A stretch of 64,000 nt of DNA from Anaerolineaceae bacterium (GCA_040765685.1 JAXGRS010000007.1:21079-85078); one strand, 5' to 3'. Positions 18,374 through 27,997 are shown, counted from the stretch's first letter. Notes: generated by a model not told the origin, from the sequence alone. A program made the numbers and translations.

Positions 18374-19639
18374 TTATTGCCCGTTTACTAATAATTCAAT
18401 GGCTTTATCAAGCTGCGGGTCGAGCCCTGCCTCGAAATCTTCTTCCGTTAGTTCAACTACGTAATCAGGTGTAAGGCCCACCTGGTGGATCTGCCGGCCT
18501 TTTGGAGTCAGCCAGCGGGCAATAGTGACCTTAACCGCACCCTGGTCATTATCAAGGGGTACCCAGTTCTGTACCGATCCTTTGCCGTAAGTGGTGGTTC
18601 CCACGATCAAACCGCGTTCGTAGTCCTGAATTGCCCCAGCAGCAATCTCTGATGCAGACGCCGATCCGCCGTTTACCAGCACGACCAGGGGAATCTCGGT
18701 GGCAAGCCCACCGGGGATGGCGTCAAAGGGGATTTCTTCGCCTGTGCCAAGTTTTTCGATCATCACTGTTCCGGAGGGAATAAATTGTGAAATGATCTCG
18801 ATCGCGGTATCCACATAACCACCTGAGTTATCCCGCAGATCAAAGATCAATCCCTTTGGATTTTGAGCAAGCAATTCGGCAAGTGCGTTTTTCATATCTG
18901 CTGCGCTGTCTTCACCGAATGTAGCCAACGCTATGTAGCCTATATTCTCCTCCAGCATTTTACTTTCAATACTGGGTATGGTGATCTTTTCGCGCACGAT
19001 CGTGAAATCCAACACTTCATCGGGATCATGCCGTTGGACGGTGAGAACAACCGTTGTCCCCTCCGGCCCAAGCACTGACTGTAGAACGATGCTGGGGTCT
19101 ACATTTGTAACATCCTTGCCATCTACAGCTATGATCTCATCTCCTGGTTTTATACCGGCTTTTTCCGCTGGTGAACCTTCCATCGGGCTGATGATGGTCA
19201 GGTAATCCCCGCTTGAATCTACCCACGCGCCAATTCCAGTGTAGGTGCCATCAAGCGGCATCGTGGCCTGATCGTATTCTTCAGGTGTCATATAGCCTGT
19301 GTGCTGGTCGCCCAGTGAATCGAGCATTCCACGTATTGCCCCTTGCATCAACTTGAGATCATCCACCGGTTGATCAACAAATTGATTATGTACGATCTCC
19401 CAGGCTTCCCAAAACGGTTTGAACAATTGCTCCAGCTTTGAGTTGCCGGAGCTCACGCTGGTGGAGGTAGGTGGAATGGGGGTATCGATGACGGGTTTTT
19501 CGATCGGCGAAATGGTTTCAGTAGTTGTGGATGATGGGATCAACCATCCGGCTACTAGACCCCCGGCAAAGGACCCTGCCAGAAGGATAATTGAGACAAA
19601 AATGAGTATGACATTTCTTAGCGTGTGATTATTGTTCAC
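18374..19639 (-). CDS. S41-family carboxyl-terminal processing peptidase with PDZ domain
   Basis: N-terminal TM anchor, PDZ (GIKPGDEIIAVDG), and the S41 core (DLRDNSGG, VLVNGGSASASE, GTTTYGKGSVQ). Confidence 0.85.
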   Translation of the reverse strand: MNNNHTLRNVILIFVSIILLAGSFAGGLVAGWLIPSSTTTETISPIEKPVIDTPIPPTSTSVSSGNSKLEQLFKPFWEAWEIVHNQFVDQPVDDLKLMQGAIRGMLDSLGDQHTGYMTPEEYDQATMPLDGTYTGIGAWVDSSGDYLTIISPMEGSPAEKAGIKPGDEIIAVDGKDVTNVDPSIVLQSVLGPEGTTVVLTVQRHDPDEVLDFTIVREKITIPSIESKMLEENIGYIALATFGEDSAADMKNALAELLAQNPKGLIFDLRDNSGGYVDTAIEIISQFIPSGTVMIEKLGTGEEIPFDAIPGGLATEIPLVVLVNGGSASASEIAAGAIQDYERGLIVGTTTYGKGSVQNWVPLDNDQGAVKVTIARWLTPKGRQIHQVGLTPDYVVELTEEDFEAGLDPQLDKAIELLVNGQ

Positions 19640-19923
19640 TTGGCATCTCCTGCATCGCTGCTACCAGTATTCTGTTTAGTTTCTGAGCTGGCCTTTTGTT
19701 GAAGTTTTTCTACACTACTTGCCAATTCCTGCATCTTTGAATTTTCATACCAGAAGGGATCTTTTAATGTTTTACCTGCTGACCGTATCGAGGCGATCCA
19801 ACCTGTTTTTTGATCTGTTTCTTTGTTCTTCAATTTTGAAAACAGGCTCACATAAAGAGAAATAATCAGTAAAATGAGCAGGATGATCAGAACCCATCCA
19901 AAAGAAGAGATCTGGCTACCCAT
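19636..19923 (-). CDS. hypothetical small membrane protein
   Basis: 95 aa with one N-terminal TM helix. It overlaps the downstream peptidase gene by 4 nt and the upstream gene by 8 nt. Confidence 0.5.
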   Translation of the reverse strand: MGSQISSFGWVLIILLILLIISLYVSLFSKLKNKETDQKTGWIASIRSAGKTLKDPFWYENSKMQELASSVEKLQQKASSETKQNTGSSDAGDAK

Positions 19924-20581
19924 ACAATATACTCCCCGTGTGCCGGCCGTTGACCGGGATCACATCCGGTAGGTCTGATACTGTGACTATGGCTGCGTCT
20001 GCATATGGCGAGCGGATCTCGGTGCCTACCTGGATGGTAAAGAAACCCATTTCACTGGCAGTTTTTAAGTTGCGTGCCGAGTCATCGATGACGACACATT
20101 TTCCAGGATCCACAATCCCGCTGAGTACCAACGCTTTTTGAAAGGCTTCAGGTAAGGGTTTGCAATAAGGGGTGATCCGCAAAATATCAATGATCTCTTC
20201 GAAAAAACCTTCCAAACCCAGCGCGGATAGGACGCTTTCGGCGTGTTTACGGCTGGCGTTGGTAAAGATGAGTTTGCGCTCCGGATACATGGACATGGTC
20301 TCGATCAACATTACATCTCGACGTAAATAACGGTCAAGCGGTACATCGTGAACGTAATCAAGGAATTCTTCCTCGTTGATCCCGTAGAGAGCGCTCAACC
20401 CGCGCAGGGTGGTTCCATATTCCTGAAAAAGCGATTCGCGCAGGTTTTTTACCTTATCTGGATAGATACCCAGTTGTTCTATGATGTAGCTATCCATCCG
20501 ATCGCCAATCGCCTGCCAGATCCCGCTCGTCGAAGGATAGAGTGTATCATCCAGATCAAAGAACATTGCCTCAAAACTCAT
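19916..20581 (-). CDS. HAD-family hydrolase, pyrimidine 5'-nucleotidase-like
   Basis: FFDLDDTLY (motif I), IFTNASRKHA and VIDDSARNL. I prefer ATG 20581, with TATACT at 20594-20589 lying 7 nt upstream. The track starts at 20665. Confidence 0.75.
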   Translation of the reverse strand: MSFEAMFFDLDDTLYPSTSGIWQAIGDRMDSYIIEQLGIYPDKVKNLRESLFQEYGTTLRGLSALYGINEEEFLDYVHDVPLDRYLRRDVMLIETMSMYPERKLIFTNASRKHAESVLSALGLEGFFEEIIDILRITPYCKPLPEAFQKALVLSGIVDPGKCVVIDDSARNLKTASEMGFFTIQVGTEIRSPYADAAIVTVSDLPDVIPVNGRHTGSILYG

Positions 20582-20620
20582 AGCGATTAGTATACCCTTA
20601 AATATTTGCCAGATGCCTGT

Positions 20621-20651
20621 TTGACATCTGCGAATGGCGGTGGGATATAAT
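20621..20651 (+). promoter_or_regulatory. sigma70-type promoter of mutL (leaderless)
   Basis: TTGACA at 20621-20626, a long 19-nt spacer, TATAAT at 20646-20651. The ATG at 20659 is 7 nt downstream. Confidence 0.6.
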
Positions 20652-20658
20652 TCAAAGC

Positions 20659-22410
20659 ATGTCAATCAATATTCTTCCTGATGAAGTGGCTTCACAGATC
20701 GCTGCTGGAGAGGTGGTGGAAAGACCCGCTTCTGTGGTAAAGGAGTTGCTGGAGAATGCGATTGACGCCGGGGCAGACCGTATTGTGATCCGAGTTGAAG
20801 AGGCTGGCCGAAAATTGATCGAAGTCAGCGACAATGGAGCAGGCATTCCAACCGCGGAACTTTCTTTGGCAGTTGCCCGGCATGCGACCAGCAAACTGCG
20901 CTCCGCTGAGGATCTTTTTCGCATTCGTACACTGGGTTTCAGAGGTGAAGCACTGGCATCCATTGGGTCGGTTTCCAGAATGGTCATTCAATCCAGGCAG
21001 CCAGATCAAACTGCCGGCGCGAAAATCGTAATTGAGGGTGGTAAAACTATTTCTCAGGAACCCGCTGGAGGAATTCCAGGAACCTTAATCCAGGTAAGGG
21101 ATCTTTTTTACAATACACCGGCCCGGTTAAAGTTCCTCAAGCGAGACTTAACAGAAAAACAGCAGATAGATGGATTGGTTACCCGTTACGCGCTGGCTTA
21201 TTCAGATAAAGCGATCCATCTTTCTGAGGATGGTAAACCGGTTCTGCAAACAGCGGGAGATAGTGATCGCAGGGCGATTCTGGCTCAACTACATGGTAGC
21301 GAGCTCGCCCGCCAGTTACTTGAAGTTGTTTTTGAAGAGGATGGGATTCGCATAGATGGTTTCATCAGCCCCATCTCCATCAACAGATCCAACCGCAAAG
21401 ACATTACTTTTTTCGTTAATGGACGGTGGGTTCAGGATACTGCTTTGATCACGGCACTGATGAAAGCGTATCAATCCTTTCTGATGGTAGGACGCTACCC
21501 GATGGCGGTACTCTTTCTGGAAATTACTCCGGAAGATGTGGATGTCAATGTTCATCCGGCAAAAGCTGAGGTGCGGTTCAGACAGCCTGACACGATATTT
21601 ACTTCGGTGCAACGCGCCGTCAGGCGTGCGTTGATGTCCTACTCTCCGGTACCTCAAATTTCACCCACGTACTGGCACACCGGAACCGAGCATGCCTATT
21701 CAGGAAATCCCGGTCCTTCCTGGGATCAAATCTCTCAGCGCCAGAGCCTGGGCGGGCAATACACCGGTGTGGATCAGCCGGAAAAAGGGACTGAGCAGCC
21801 ACTAACACCACTTTTAATGGATAGGATCCCCATCCTGCGCCTGGTCGGTCAGATCGGAGCAACATACCTGGTTGCAGAAGGTCCAGATGGACTTTACCTG
21901 ATCGATCAGCACGCTGCCCATGAACGTGTTTTATTCGAAAAAATGTTGGCGATGAAGGGGAACATTCCCTCACAGTCATTACTGGAGCCGCTCATCGTTC
22001 AACTGCCACCTCAATCCGCCAGGCAGCTGCAGGAAAACCTTCCGGTCATGCAGATGATCGGTTTTCACCTGGAGGAGTTTGGGGTGAATACGTTCCGTCT
22101 TACCGCCATCCCTGCAGTATTTGCGCACAAAGATCCCCGGGCAGCCATTCGCAGCGTTGTGGAAGACTTTGAAGAAGATGAAACACCCTTACAGGGGATG
22201 TTGGAAGAGAAACTGATCGCCAGAATCTGTAAACGGATGGCCGTAAAAGGCGGGGCGGTGCTTTCAATGGAAGAACAACAGGCGTTAGTGCAGGATCTTG
22301 AAGCGTGTTCCGCTCCGCGCACCTGTCCACATGGCCGGCCCACCATGATACATCTTTCAGTTGATTTGTTGGAAAGGCAATTCGGACGGCGTGGAGCGCG
22401 TTCCAGCTGA
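20659..22410 (+). CDS. mutL: DNA mismatch repair protein MutL
   Basis: GHKL ATPase N-terminus (IAAGEVVERPASVVKELLENAIDAG, DNGAGI). The C-terminal dimerisation/endonuclease region contains DQHAAHERV. Confidence 0.9.
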   Translation: MSINILPDEVASQIAAGEVVERPASVVKELLENAIDAGADRIVIRVEEAGRKLIEVSDNGAGIPTAELSLAVARHATSKLRSAEDLFRIRTLGFRGEALASIGSVSRMVIQSRQPDQTAGAKIVIEGGKTISQEPAGGIPGTLIQVRDLFYNTPARLKFLKRDLTEKQQIDGLVTRYALAYSDKAIHLSEDGKPVLQTAGDSDRRAILAQLHGSELARQLLEVVFEEDGIRIDGFISPISINRSNRKDITFFVNGRWVQDTALITALMKAYQSFLMVGRYPMAVLFLEITPEDVDVNVHPAKAEVRFRQPDTIFTSVQRAVRRALMSYSPVPQISPTYWHTGTEHAYSGNPGPSWDQISQRQSLGGQYTGVDQPEKGTEQPLTPLLMDRIPILRLVGQIGATYLVAEGPDGLYLIDQHAAHERVLFEKMLAMKGNIPSQSLLEPLIVQLPPQSARQLQENLPVMQMIGFHLEEFGVNTFRLTAIPAVFAHKDPRAAIRSVVEDFEEDETPLQGMLEEKLIARICKRMAVKGGAVLSMEEQQALVQDLEACSAPRTCPHGRPTMIHLSVDLLERQFGRRGARSS

Positions 22411-22420
22411 ACCGACATTC

Positions 22421-23188
22421 TTATCCAGTTGAGATCACCCCAACAATGCCAGGTAGCGCTTCTGCCACATCCTCGCGGATGACCACATCCGCGTGCTTAT
22501 CCATGTAAGTAGGTGAATAATTGATCACGATGATCTTCCCGCCGTTACGGTAAACATCATAAGGTAGCGAAGAAGCAGGGATCACTTCCAGTGATGAACC
22601 AACGACGATCATCAAATCAGCCAGCCTGACCTCGTTGCTGGCTTGCTGCCAAGCGTTCAGCGGCAGCGCTTCTTCGTACAAAGTAATATCCGGTTTTATA
22701 ATCGCACCGCAGTGCGTGCAATAAGGGATTTGCCCGGTAATGATCTCATCAATGACGCCATCCGGGTCGCTGGCGGGCTTTTGGCATGTCGGACAATGAA
22801 ACTGCTCCATGGAACCGTGCAGCTCGATCACGTAACCTGAACCCGCTTTCTGATGCAGACCGTCAATATTTTGGGTAATGACCGAATTGATACGGCCAAG
22901 TTGTTCCAACTGGAATATCGCATGGTGGGCTGGATTTGGAACTGCCTGCTTTGAAGCCTGGAGCAGTGGCCTTAGCCAGTGGAAAAAGCGGTCGGGATGG
23001 TATCTGAAAGCGGTCAATGAAGCGACCAGCATTGGGTCATTCTTCTGCCATAAGCCTGTGCTGGTGCTGCGAAAATCCGGTATCCCTGAAGGGGTCGATA
23101 TCCCTGCTCCAGTAAAAACAACTGCGTGATGGGATTCCTGGATCAACCTCGCCGCTACATGATAAAAATCAGCGACCGAATCTGTCAT
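22421..23188 (-). CDS. cobB: NAD-dependent protein deacylase (Sir2 family)
   Basis: GAGISTPSGIPDFRS, QNIDGLH and zinc-ribbon cysteines CPTC…CTHC. The ATG overlaps the upstream stop (ATGA at 23188-23185). Confidence 0.85.
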   Translation of the reverse strand: MTDSVADFYHVAARLIQESHHAVVFTGAGISTPSGIPDFRSTSTGLWQKNDPMLVASLTAFRYHPDRFFHWLRPLLQASKQAVPNPAHHAIFQLEQLGRINSVITQNIDGLHQKAGSGYVIELHGSMEQFHCPTCQKPASDPDGVIDEIITGQIPYCTHCGAIIKPDITLYEEALPLNAWQQASNEVRLADLMIVVGSSLEVIPASSLPYDVYRNGGKIIVINYSPTYMDKHADVVIREDVAEALPGIVGVISTG

Positions 23189-24339
23189 GCACCTGCTCGT
23201 GAGGTGATCATTTTACTTAATTCATTGATCTGTGTGGCAAATAAACCATCCGGTTGAATTTTTATCAGCGGTAAGTACTTCTGATTTGCCTGGAAAACCT
23301 GTTCAGGGACCGGCGGAACCATTAAGCGGACTGGGTTACCCGGGAGCATTTTAGAAACCTGTTCTGCAGTTAATAGTAGATCGGAGCGGATGTGATTATA
23401 TAAAACCACGTCGATATTCCTGGTAGTTCTTGCCGGTTCAAATTGGATATTGCCCAATAAACGACGCGTACGCAAAACATTAGATGGAAAACCATCTGTA
23501 AGCACCAGCAGCTGGTTGCAAACCGAGCAGATCTCATCAAATCCGGGCAGGAAAGGATCTCCGATATCGAGCACGATCAATGGATTATCTTCACTCAATG
23601 TGTCGATCAGTTTTAAGGTTTTTTCTGCAGTTTCGAGAAATGGGATTTGACGCGTTTTATTGGAGGCCATTAACAGGCGAACGCCGAATGAAGTATGCAC
23701 AGCGTACCTTTCCACTGCTTCAGTGGTGATCTCTGCGGTTGGCAGCGAAAGAAGTTTCTCAAGGCCATAAGAATCAGCGATATCCAGTTCAATCCCCCAG
23801 GAACCCATTCCCGGTTTCAATTCAACCGCCACAGTTTCATCTTTCGTGATCGCGTTGATGCCGATTGCCAGGTTGAGTGCAAGTGTAGAAACACCCAGTC
23901 CACCTTTGCACCCTGTGACGCCAACGATAAAACCTGCCTTTTTCTCAGGAATGGCCGGCAATGGTTTGGTGGACCTTGCCAGCAGCGATTTGACATGCGC
24001 GCTCAGTTCAGCCGGATGAACCGGTTTGGTCAGGTAGTCATCTGCGCCGGCATCGTATCCTGCTACCTTGTCATCCACCTGACTCTTCGCGGTGAACATA
24101 AGAATCGGGATCTGGGCTGTTACCGGGTCGTTGCGGATTTCGCGCGCAACACGATAACCGTCCACGACCGGCATCATAATATCCAGAACTATCAGATCCG
24201 GGAGTTCTTTCTTTGCCATGGAAATTGCCAATTCACCTGTATTAGCAGCGGAAATAGCAAATCCCTGCCGCTGGAGCATTACTCCGATCAGTCGCAATGT
24301 TTCAAGGTCATCATCAACGATGAGGATCTTTTCTGGCAT
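23185..24339 (-). CDS. response-regulator receiver domain fused to a TadZ/CpaE-like ParA/MinD-fold ATPase with degenerate Walker A
   Basis: The receiver domain has a complete acidic pocket (DDD, D53 in VLDIMMP, T in FTAKS, K in LTKP). The ATPase domain has CKGGLGVST (23907-23884) in place of KGGxGK[ST]. Walker B-like LIVLDIGD is present. Confidence 0.8.
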   Translation of the reverse strand: MPEKILIVDDDLETLRLIGVMLQRQGFAISAANTGELAISMAKKELPDLIVLDIMMPVVDGYRVAREIRNDPVTAQIPILMFTAKSQVDDKVAGYDAGADDYLTKPVHPAELSAHVKSLLARSTKPLPAIPEKKAGFIVGVTGCKGGLGVSTLALNLAIGINAITKDETVAVELKPGMGSWGIELDIADSYGLEKLLSLPTAEITTEAVERYAVHTSFGVRLLMASNKTRQIPFLETAEKTLKLIDTLSEDNPLIVLDIGDPFLPGFDEICSVCNQLLVLTDGFPSNVLRTRRLLGNIQFEPARTTRNIDVVLYNHIRSDLLLTAEQVSKMLPGNPVRLMVPPVPEQVFQANQKYLPLIKIQPDGLFATQINELSKMITSRAGA

Positions 24340-24430
24340 TCCAGCCTCCCTTCTTAATCATTGTCAGTCTAGCATAATCTACTATCCAGTTCAAGTAGTA
24401 AATCGATGCAACAATGGTCAATTTGTAAAT

Positions 24431-24438
24431 GCTATAAT
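24431..24438 (+). promoter_or_regulatory. extended -10 (TGcTATAAT) 6 nt upstream of tilS ATG 24445
   Basis: TG at 24430-24431 and TATAAT at 24433-24438. No SD before ATG 24445. Confidence 0.55.
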
Positions 24439-24444
24439 CACATT

Positions 24445-25854
24445 ATGGTGATGGAAACTTTTTTATCCACCCTGAAGGACGAATGTGGATTAGATTTGGA
24501 AAAGAGCCTGCTCGTTGGTTTTTCCGGCGGGCCTGACTCATTGTGTTTACTATATTTGTTACTGGAAAATGGTGCCAGGGTTCATGTTGCTCATCTTGAT
24601 CACGGGTTGCGAGGGTCATCGGCTATTGAAGCTGACCAAGCGCGACAACTTTGCCTGGAGCTTGGTGTACCCTGCGCAGTAAAAAAGTTGGACGTGGCGG
24701 GTTACGCTGCCATCCATCATGTTTCCATAGAAGAGAGCGCTCGTCTCCTGCGCTACCAGTTCCTTTTTGATGAAGCTGTTCGCAACCATGATCAGGCAGT
24801 TCTTGTCGGTCACAACGCCAATGATCAGGTGGAAACGGTTCTGATGCATTTATTGCGCGGTTCCGGATTGAGCGGATTGGCTGGGATGCGCCACATTCTG
24901 CTGCCAAATCCGTGGAGTGATGATATTCCTCTTGTTCGGCCGTTGTTAAAATATGACCGCGGGGCGATCGATCAAATATTACAAGAACGCGGTCTCCAGC
25001 CGGTACTTGATGCATCCAATACGAACACGGCCTTCTTTCGAAACCGTATTCGCCAGGAGTTGCTGCCCATCCTTGCAACTTATAACCCGCAGATACGCCG
25101 GCGACTGACAAACATGGCGGAAGTGATCGCGGTTGAGGACGATTATCTGTCAAATGAAGTGAATAAAGCCTGGTCTGTTGTAATAATAGAGCAGGGAGAA
25201 AAATACCTGGTATTTGATCGTGACAAAACGAGTGGGTTGCATCCAGCATTGTTGCGGCGCGTGCTGCGTCGTGCGATCAGCTGGATGGATGGTAATCTGC
25301 GTGACATCGAATTCTCGGTCATCGACCGGGCAGTGGAATTTTGTAAAAAACCTTCGCAAACAAACCGGGTCGACCTGCGTGGGGGTATAGAGTTTTTCAT
25401 TTACTTTAAGGATTACCTGGTAATGGCCTGCGAGAACGACCCAATTCACCAGATCTGGCCTCAAATAACAGACTTATGCGATGTTGAAATACCGGTTCCG
25501 GGAAATTTGCAGCTCAATGCCTATTGGAAGATCATTGCTACAAATAGATCAAGCTACATGCCAGCAGCTGACCGGATGATCGCCCAGGTGGATGCGCAAA
25601 AAATGAAGGGGTCAGCGACAATTGGTCGGGTAAAACCGGGAGACCGATTTGCCCCTTTTGGTTATGACGGAAAAATCAAGAAGGTGGGAGATTTCTGGAC
25701 AAGTGAAGGGCTACCTGCTCGAGCCAGGCAAAACTGGCCTATCGTGAGAGCTGGGGGTGAGATCATCTGGATTCCAGGTTTCCGCATAGCGGATTCAGTT
25801 AAGGTGGACAGCGCTACCACTGACATTATCCATTTTGAATTGATAAAACAATAA
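24445..25854 (+). CDS. tilS: tRNA(Ile)-lysidine synthase
   Basis: PP-loop SGGPDS, HLDHGLR and NANDQVETVLM. The start was moved from 24406 to 24445 on promoter evidence. Confidence 0.85.
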   Translation: MVMETFLSTLKDECGLDLEKSLLVGFSGGPDSLCLLYLLLENGARVHVAHLDHGLRGSSAIEADQARQLCLELGVPCAVKKLDVAGYAAIHHVSIEESARLLRYQFLFDEAVRNHDQAVLVGHNANDQVETVLMHLLRGSGLSGLAGMRHILLPNPWSDDIPLVRPLLKYDRGAIDQILQERGLQPVLDASNTNTAFFRNRIRQELLPILATYNPQIRRRLTNMAEVIAVEDDYLSNEVNKAWSVVIIEQGEKYLVFDRDKTSGLHPALLRRVLRRAISWMDGNLRDIEFSVIDRAVEFCKKPSQTNRVDLRGGIEFFIYFKDYLVMACENDPIHQIWPQITDLCDVEIPVPGNLQLNAYWKIIATNRSSYMPAADRMIAQVDAQKMKGSATIGRVKPGDRFAPFGYDGKIKKVGDFWTSEGLPARARQNWPIVRAGGEIIWIPGFRIADSVKVDSATTDIIHFELIKQ

Positions 25855-25877
25855 CCGGCAGAGCGTTTCTGCCGGTT
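25853..25877. terminator. hairpin between convergent tilS and the recombinase-like gene
   Basis: Stem aaccggcag / ctgccggtt with a 7-nt loop. Confidence 0.6.
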
Positions 25878-25897
25878 AATCATGCATACGGTCGAGT

Positions 25898-26788
25898 TCA
25901 TTCACCTGCCAATTGGCGCAGTTTCATACTTACCTCACGCCATTGGATCTTGGAGACCCCCATTTTTTGGCGCAAGGTGTCTTTATCCATTCCGGAACGC
26001 CAATCATTTAACGCACTTGTCCAACGGCACATATCAAAAGAAAGATGTTTATTGATCCCGGCAGCGCTGCTGATATCTTCAAGTAGGTATTCGAGCCGGC
26101 GGGGTGACCAGGGGAAGACCTGGTCAACAGGTTTATATTGTGCGAGATACTCTTTGTAAGTTTCGACCCAGTCCGCGTCAAGTGTAATATTGCGCTCTTT
26201 GTATCGACTGCCGCTGGCAGAGTATCGTACAAAGAGGCGCGGACTTTTGGGGCTGTCAAGGTCGATGTGATTCAGATTAAGAGCGAGGCACTCGCCTTTT
26301 TTAATTCCAGTGAGCAGGAGGAGACTGAGCAGAGTGTAAGGCCGCGCATCCGGTTTGGCACCGCAGCGTATGGTCCGTGCCGCCTCCAGAACCCGTTGTT
26401 CCTCCTCAACGGTTAAGACCAGGGGGAGGGGGCTGATGACCGATTTCTGCAATACTTTTTCAGATGGATCAGTTGGGATACGTCCGGATTGTGTAAGCCA
26501 GCGGAAGAAGGATTTAATGGAGGTGATCCGGCGAGAGAGACTCTTTGGGCTGCAGGGCACATTACGTTCGTGCTGCAACCAATCCAGGAAACGGTTGATG
26601 TCATTGGTAGTGATGTTGCCAATGGTCGTATCAGGTGAAAAATAACCTGCAAAAAGATTCAGATCACCGAGAAAGGCTTTTACTGTAAACTGTGAGCGAC
26701 CTTGATCGTGTAGAAACATTTCCCATGAGCGGATCGCCGGGTGGAAGGTGGTATCAGCTGTGATGTGTATTTCAGGAAAAGCGTCCAT
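25898..26788 (-). CDS. tyrosine-recombinase-fold (XerC/D-like) protein with degenerate catalytic residues
   Basis: It has an N-terminal SAM-like core-binding domain (ITSIKSFFRWL). The C-terminal integrase fold has TGIKKGE where TGLRxSE is expected and DMCRW where HxLRH is expected. It also has MGVS where LGH is expected, and no alignable nucleophile Tyr. Confidence 0.75.
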   Translation of the reverse strand: MDAFPEIHITADTTFHPAIRSWEMFLHDQGRSQFTVKAFLGDLNLFAGYFSPDTTIGNITTNDINRFLDWLQHERNVPCSPKSLSRRITSIKSFFRWLTQSGRIPTDPSEKVLQKSVISPLPLVLTVEEEQRVLEAARTIRCGAKPDARPYTLLSLLLLTGIKKGECLALNLNHIDLDSPKSPRLFVRYSASGSRYKERNITLDADWVETYKEYLAQYKPVDQVFPWSPRRLEYLLEDISSAAGINKHLSFDMCRWTSALNDWRSGMDKDTLRQKMGVSKIQWREVSMKLRQLAGE

Positions 26789-26833
26789 ATTTTCCTTCTT
26801 TCATATTAGGTTTCGTGTAGCCTTATATCAATG

Positions 26834-26862
26834 AGTGTACAATTATTTACACACTTTGTCAA
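26834..26862 (-). promoter_or_regulatory. sigma70-type promoter of the recombinase-like gene
   Basis: On the minus strand: TTGACA (26862-26857), 17-nt spacer, TACACT (26839-26834). A short imperfect inverted repeat (GTGTA-N8-TACAC) lies inside it. Confidence 0.6.
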
Positions 26863-26865
26863 CCA

Positions 26866-27909
26866 TTAGTTTTGGATATTATACGGGTAGATCGCCTGGC
26901 GGATGATCTCAGCGATGGCTTCGTTGTCAGGGATAACGACCATCGCACCTGTAGCGGGGACGGTGTAGTGGGTGACGTCATCTTCAGAGATTGCAAAGCG
27001 CTGCAGCGTCTCTGGTTGATCAATGATCCTTACGGCGAGAGGGAGCATTTTCACGACCAATTCAAGCGGAATATCTGTTTCCACGCTGCTCTGGAACAGC
27101 TTATAAAGCTCAGCGGCACGGCCGGCGGCGTTTAAACTCATGGTTTTTTGAAGTATGGCGATGATGACTTCCTGAGCCCGGCGTGTGCGGTCAAAATCAC
27201 TGGTTGAATAACGCGACCGCACATACCAAAGAGCTGTCTGTCCATCCATGATTGTGCGACCCACCGGAACGTAACACATTTTATTGATCGCCTGGGGGAG
27301 ATCACAGCGGTCGTATAGCTCTTGAGAGGCGTTAACCGAAATGCCGCCTAATGAGTCAACAATACTAACAAACCCGGCAAAATTGGTCATCATGTAATGA
27401 TCAACTGGTGCATCAAAGTTATACTTGAAAGTTTCACGGGTTAATTCAAAACCGCCAAAGGCCTGCGAGGTATTGATCCGTTCGTACCCAATGCCCGGTA
27501 TAAACACGTATAGGTCACGGGGGAAGGAGGTCAACGTGGCGAGTCCCTGTTCGGGCATTAGAGAAAGGAGCATGATCACATCTGTCCGTGAACCCATTCC
27601 CGGTCGCCAGTCAGAACCAAGCAGCAGAATATTGACCTGACCTTCAGGTCTTTTGAGTCCGAGATCGATGATCCCACTAGGTGTGGGGGTCGAAAGCGGA
27701 CTTGAAAGGGTACCCGGAGTGACCAACGGAGAATTGCCTGTATTTTCTGGCTGAAATGGGGTGGGGGTGGGAGCGTACCTGTCATCCAAATTTGATATAA
27801 ATTCGAACAAGGGGATTGGCGTGCGAATACCCGGAGAAGTCGATGGATTCGAGCAGCCGGATATAACAAATACGATCAATAAGGATATTATTAAGATCCT
27901 TCTACGCAT
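26866..27909 (-). CDS. LytR-CpsA-Psr (LCP) family protein, lipoprotein-type signal
   Basis: LLLGSDWRPGMGSRTDVIMLLSL (LCP motif) and the lipobox-like VFVISGC. I prefer ATG 27909, preceded by AGGTG. The track starts at 27960. Confidence 0.8.
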   Translation of the reverse strand: MRRRILIISLLIVFVISGCSNPSTSPGIRTPIPLFEFISNLDDRYAPTPTPFQPENTGNSPLVTPGTLSSPLSTPTPSGIIDLGLKRPEGQVNILLLGSDWRPGMGSRTDVIMLLSLMPEQGLATLTSFPRDLYVFIPGIGYERINTSQAFGGFELTRETFKYNFDAPVDHYMMTNFAGFVSIVDSLGGISVNASQELYDRCDLPQAINKMCYVPVGRTIMDGQTALWYVRSRYSTSDFDRTRRAQEVIIAILQKTMSLNAAGRAAELYKLFQSSVETDIPLELVVKMLPLAVRIIDQPETLQRFAISEDDVTHYTVPATGAMVVIPDNEAIAEIIRQAIYPYNIQN

Positions 27910-27969
27910 GCACCTAATTGTACCCTCAATGAGATCAAGGGCTAGTCGGCGAAAATCCATAAAGAAAGG

Positions 27970-27997
27970 TTGACATTCTTTCAGAGTCTGATAGAAT
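27970..27997 (+). promoter_or_regulatory. sigma70-type promoter of tRNA-Leu
   Basis: TTGACA at 27970-27975, 16-nt spacer, TAGAAT at 27992-27997. Confidence 0.75.
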
